DNA of 61,077 nucleotides, counting the filler, from Sphacelaria rigidula (Eukaryota): NCBI GenBank assembly GCA_964200075.2. It is 8 parts of 8 records of this genome, joined end to end, with 100 filler letters (N's around TTAATTAATTAA, not from the genome) between each part and the next. Parts side by side here need not be neighbours in the genome. Positions count along the whole stretch, not along the records: positions 53,531 to 61,077 come from CAXNAA020014398.1; 7 more parts are not named here. One strand, given 5' to 3'. Position 1 is the first letter of the stretch. Each line of letters opens with the position of its first letter. The position numbers and the translations under genes were made by a program. The notes beneath the pieces were generated by a model. The model was given only the letters and a program-made list of their open reading frames with translations. It ran no database searches and had not been told where the DNA came from. This document shows, in pieces, positions 59,701 through 61,077 of the stretch.

Positions 59701-61077
59701 GGCAACAAGCAACAGCAATCCAACCACTAGCGCTTTGACATTAATCGGCGGTGCTTGAACTACCCCATACCCACCACCACACACGGAGACATGACGTGGC
59801 ATCTCCAGGTGACCCGTGTGTGCAAGAGACACACACGACCATGTCTCATCATGCCACAGGAGGCCATCAAAAACTTGACGGGAAAGTATAATGTCATGAA
59901 ACCGCGTACGTCATGGTACAATCCACGTCACGGGACAGTTCAGCCCATGATTAAAACGAATGCCGGAAAGCAGGTTAGATTTCAGAGCACAACTCATGTG
60001 ATTGAATACATAATGGCATGGGGCACGAAAACACGTCACGGAACACCAGATTATTGCAGCGGGCGATGCTCCCGCTGGGCACTCTCCATATTCGCTATAC
60101 TGGGTTCTCGTCCCCATGGCAAAGGCTCGTGATGTCCGTCTGACAAGGAATTATTCGATGGCATCGAAGGAATTTCAGTCGCAGGCGACCTTACACCAGA
60201 GCTTTTTGATCCGTCCACGGGTGCTAGGGGGTCCGGTCCGGCCGTGTCAGACCCTGCGACAGATCGATTCCGGGCGGGCGGGCGGGTGGAAAACGCAACA
60301 TGTTTGTATGTACATCGTGCTCGGGATACTGTATACCAAGTGCTGTGGCACAAACACTGCTTTCAGCGTAAAAGTTTGCTTGAGAATCCCCACGATGCAG
60401 CAGGCGTGTACGAACCGTTGGTTTCTCGCATGGCCCCCGCTGTGAATTCAAGAAAAAGCACTGCCCCACAGGACGAATGATTTGGACTATGATCCTGGTA
60501 CGTATCAAAACCCTTGCACTTTAGCCACCCGTCTTAGGCAAAAAAAAAAAAAAAATCGGAACAGGATCCGACATCTTTTCGCCCCAATAAGCACGCACAC
60601 ACCACGCAACCCCAGATTCAGCAAGATGGGGTTGTTGTCTGTAGTCTACACGACATGTGGTCCAAGTTTCAGCACGTAAAAGCACTAACAGCGCTTGCAC
60701 GGCCGTGTCTCCTGAAGTGAGCACCTCTACAGGCGATACCAAGATAGGTATCGTGTAGAATAACATCATCCAGAGGTGCGCAATACGGATCGATGTGTTC
60801 CTTTGCCGGGGCAGGAGCCACCCAGCAGGAAGTGAGCGTATCTGCGTCTCAACATACGCATCCACTGACGTCTCACGCAGTCTGGGCCGGGAGGACTGCG
60901 TTTTGAGGGCGTATCGATGGCATTGCCCAAAATCCGTATTTTGCTTCGTTTTACTAGCGCACCACGTAAAACGTGCCGCCGCTCCGGGACTATGCTGTCT
61001 GTGTTGTGGTCTACCCCTGTGCCAAGTTTCAGGATGGTTCAAACAGACACGGCGGAGAAATCCACAAGCAAAATAAC

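Overview
Eukaryotic genomic DNA with long repeat-laden introns, GC-rich exons and poly-G/C tracts; the style suggests a brown alga (Phaeophyceae), but that is an inference. It is not one locus. It is eight contigs of 7547-7548 bp joined by identical 100-nt N/TTAATTAATTAA spacers, i.e. a length-sorted concatenation, so nothing across a spacer is syntenic. Contents: (1) a decayed Ty3/Gypsy retrotransposon whose integrase ends in a chromodomain-like module followed by a Tudor/PWWP-like module; (2) exons of an unknown gene plus non-autonomous DNA transposons; (3) a tRNA-derived SINE cluster, MITEs and two 3' sulfatase exons; (4) six phase-compatible exons of a BRWD/PHIP-like WD40 gene with a coiled-coil insertion; (5) three 3' exons of a COG0523/CobW (ZNG1/CBWD) GTPase, with an upstream region holding a Harbinger-type MITE and a spliced transposase gene with two tandemly duplicated AP2/Arm-like exons; (6) orphan exons on both strands; (7) four exons of a WDFY3/ALFY-like protein; (8) mostly non-coding DNA with MITEs. 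Best leads: the dual Royal-family tail on the Gypsy integrase, the exon-duplicated spliced transposase, and two repeat families sharing a ~70-bp terminus that abuts C/G-rich tracts. All domain calls are by-eye motif recognition, not database results.
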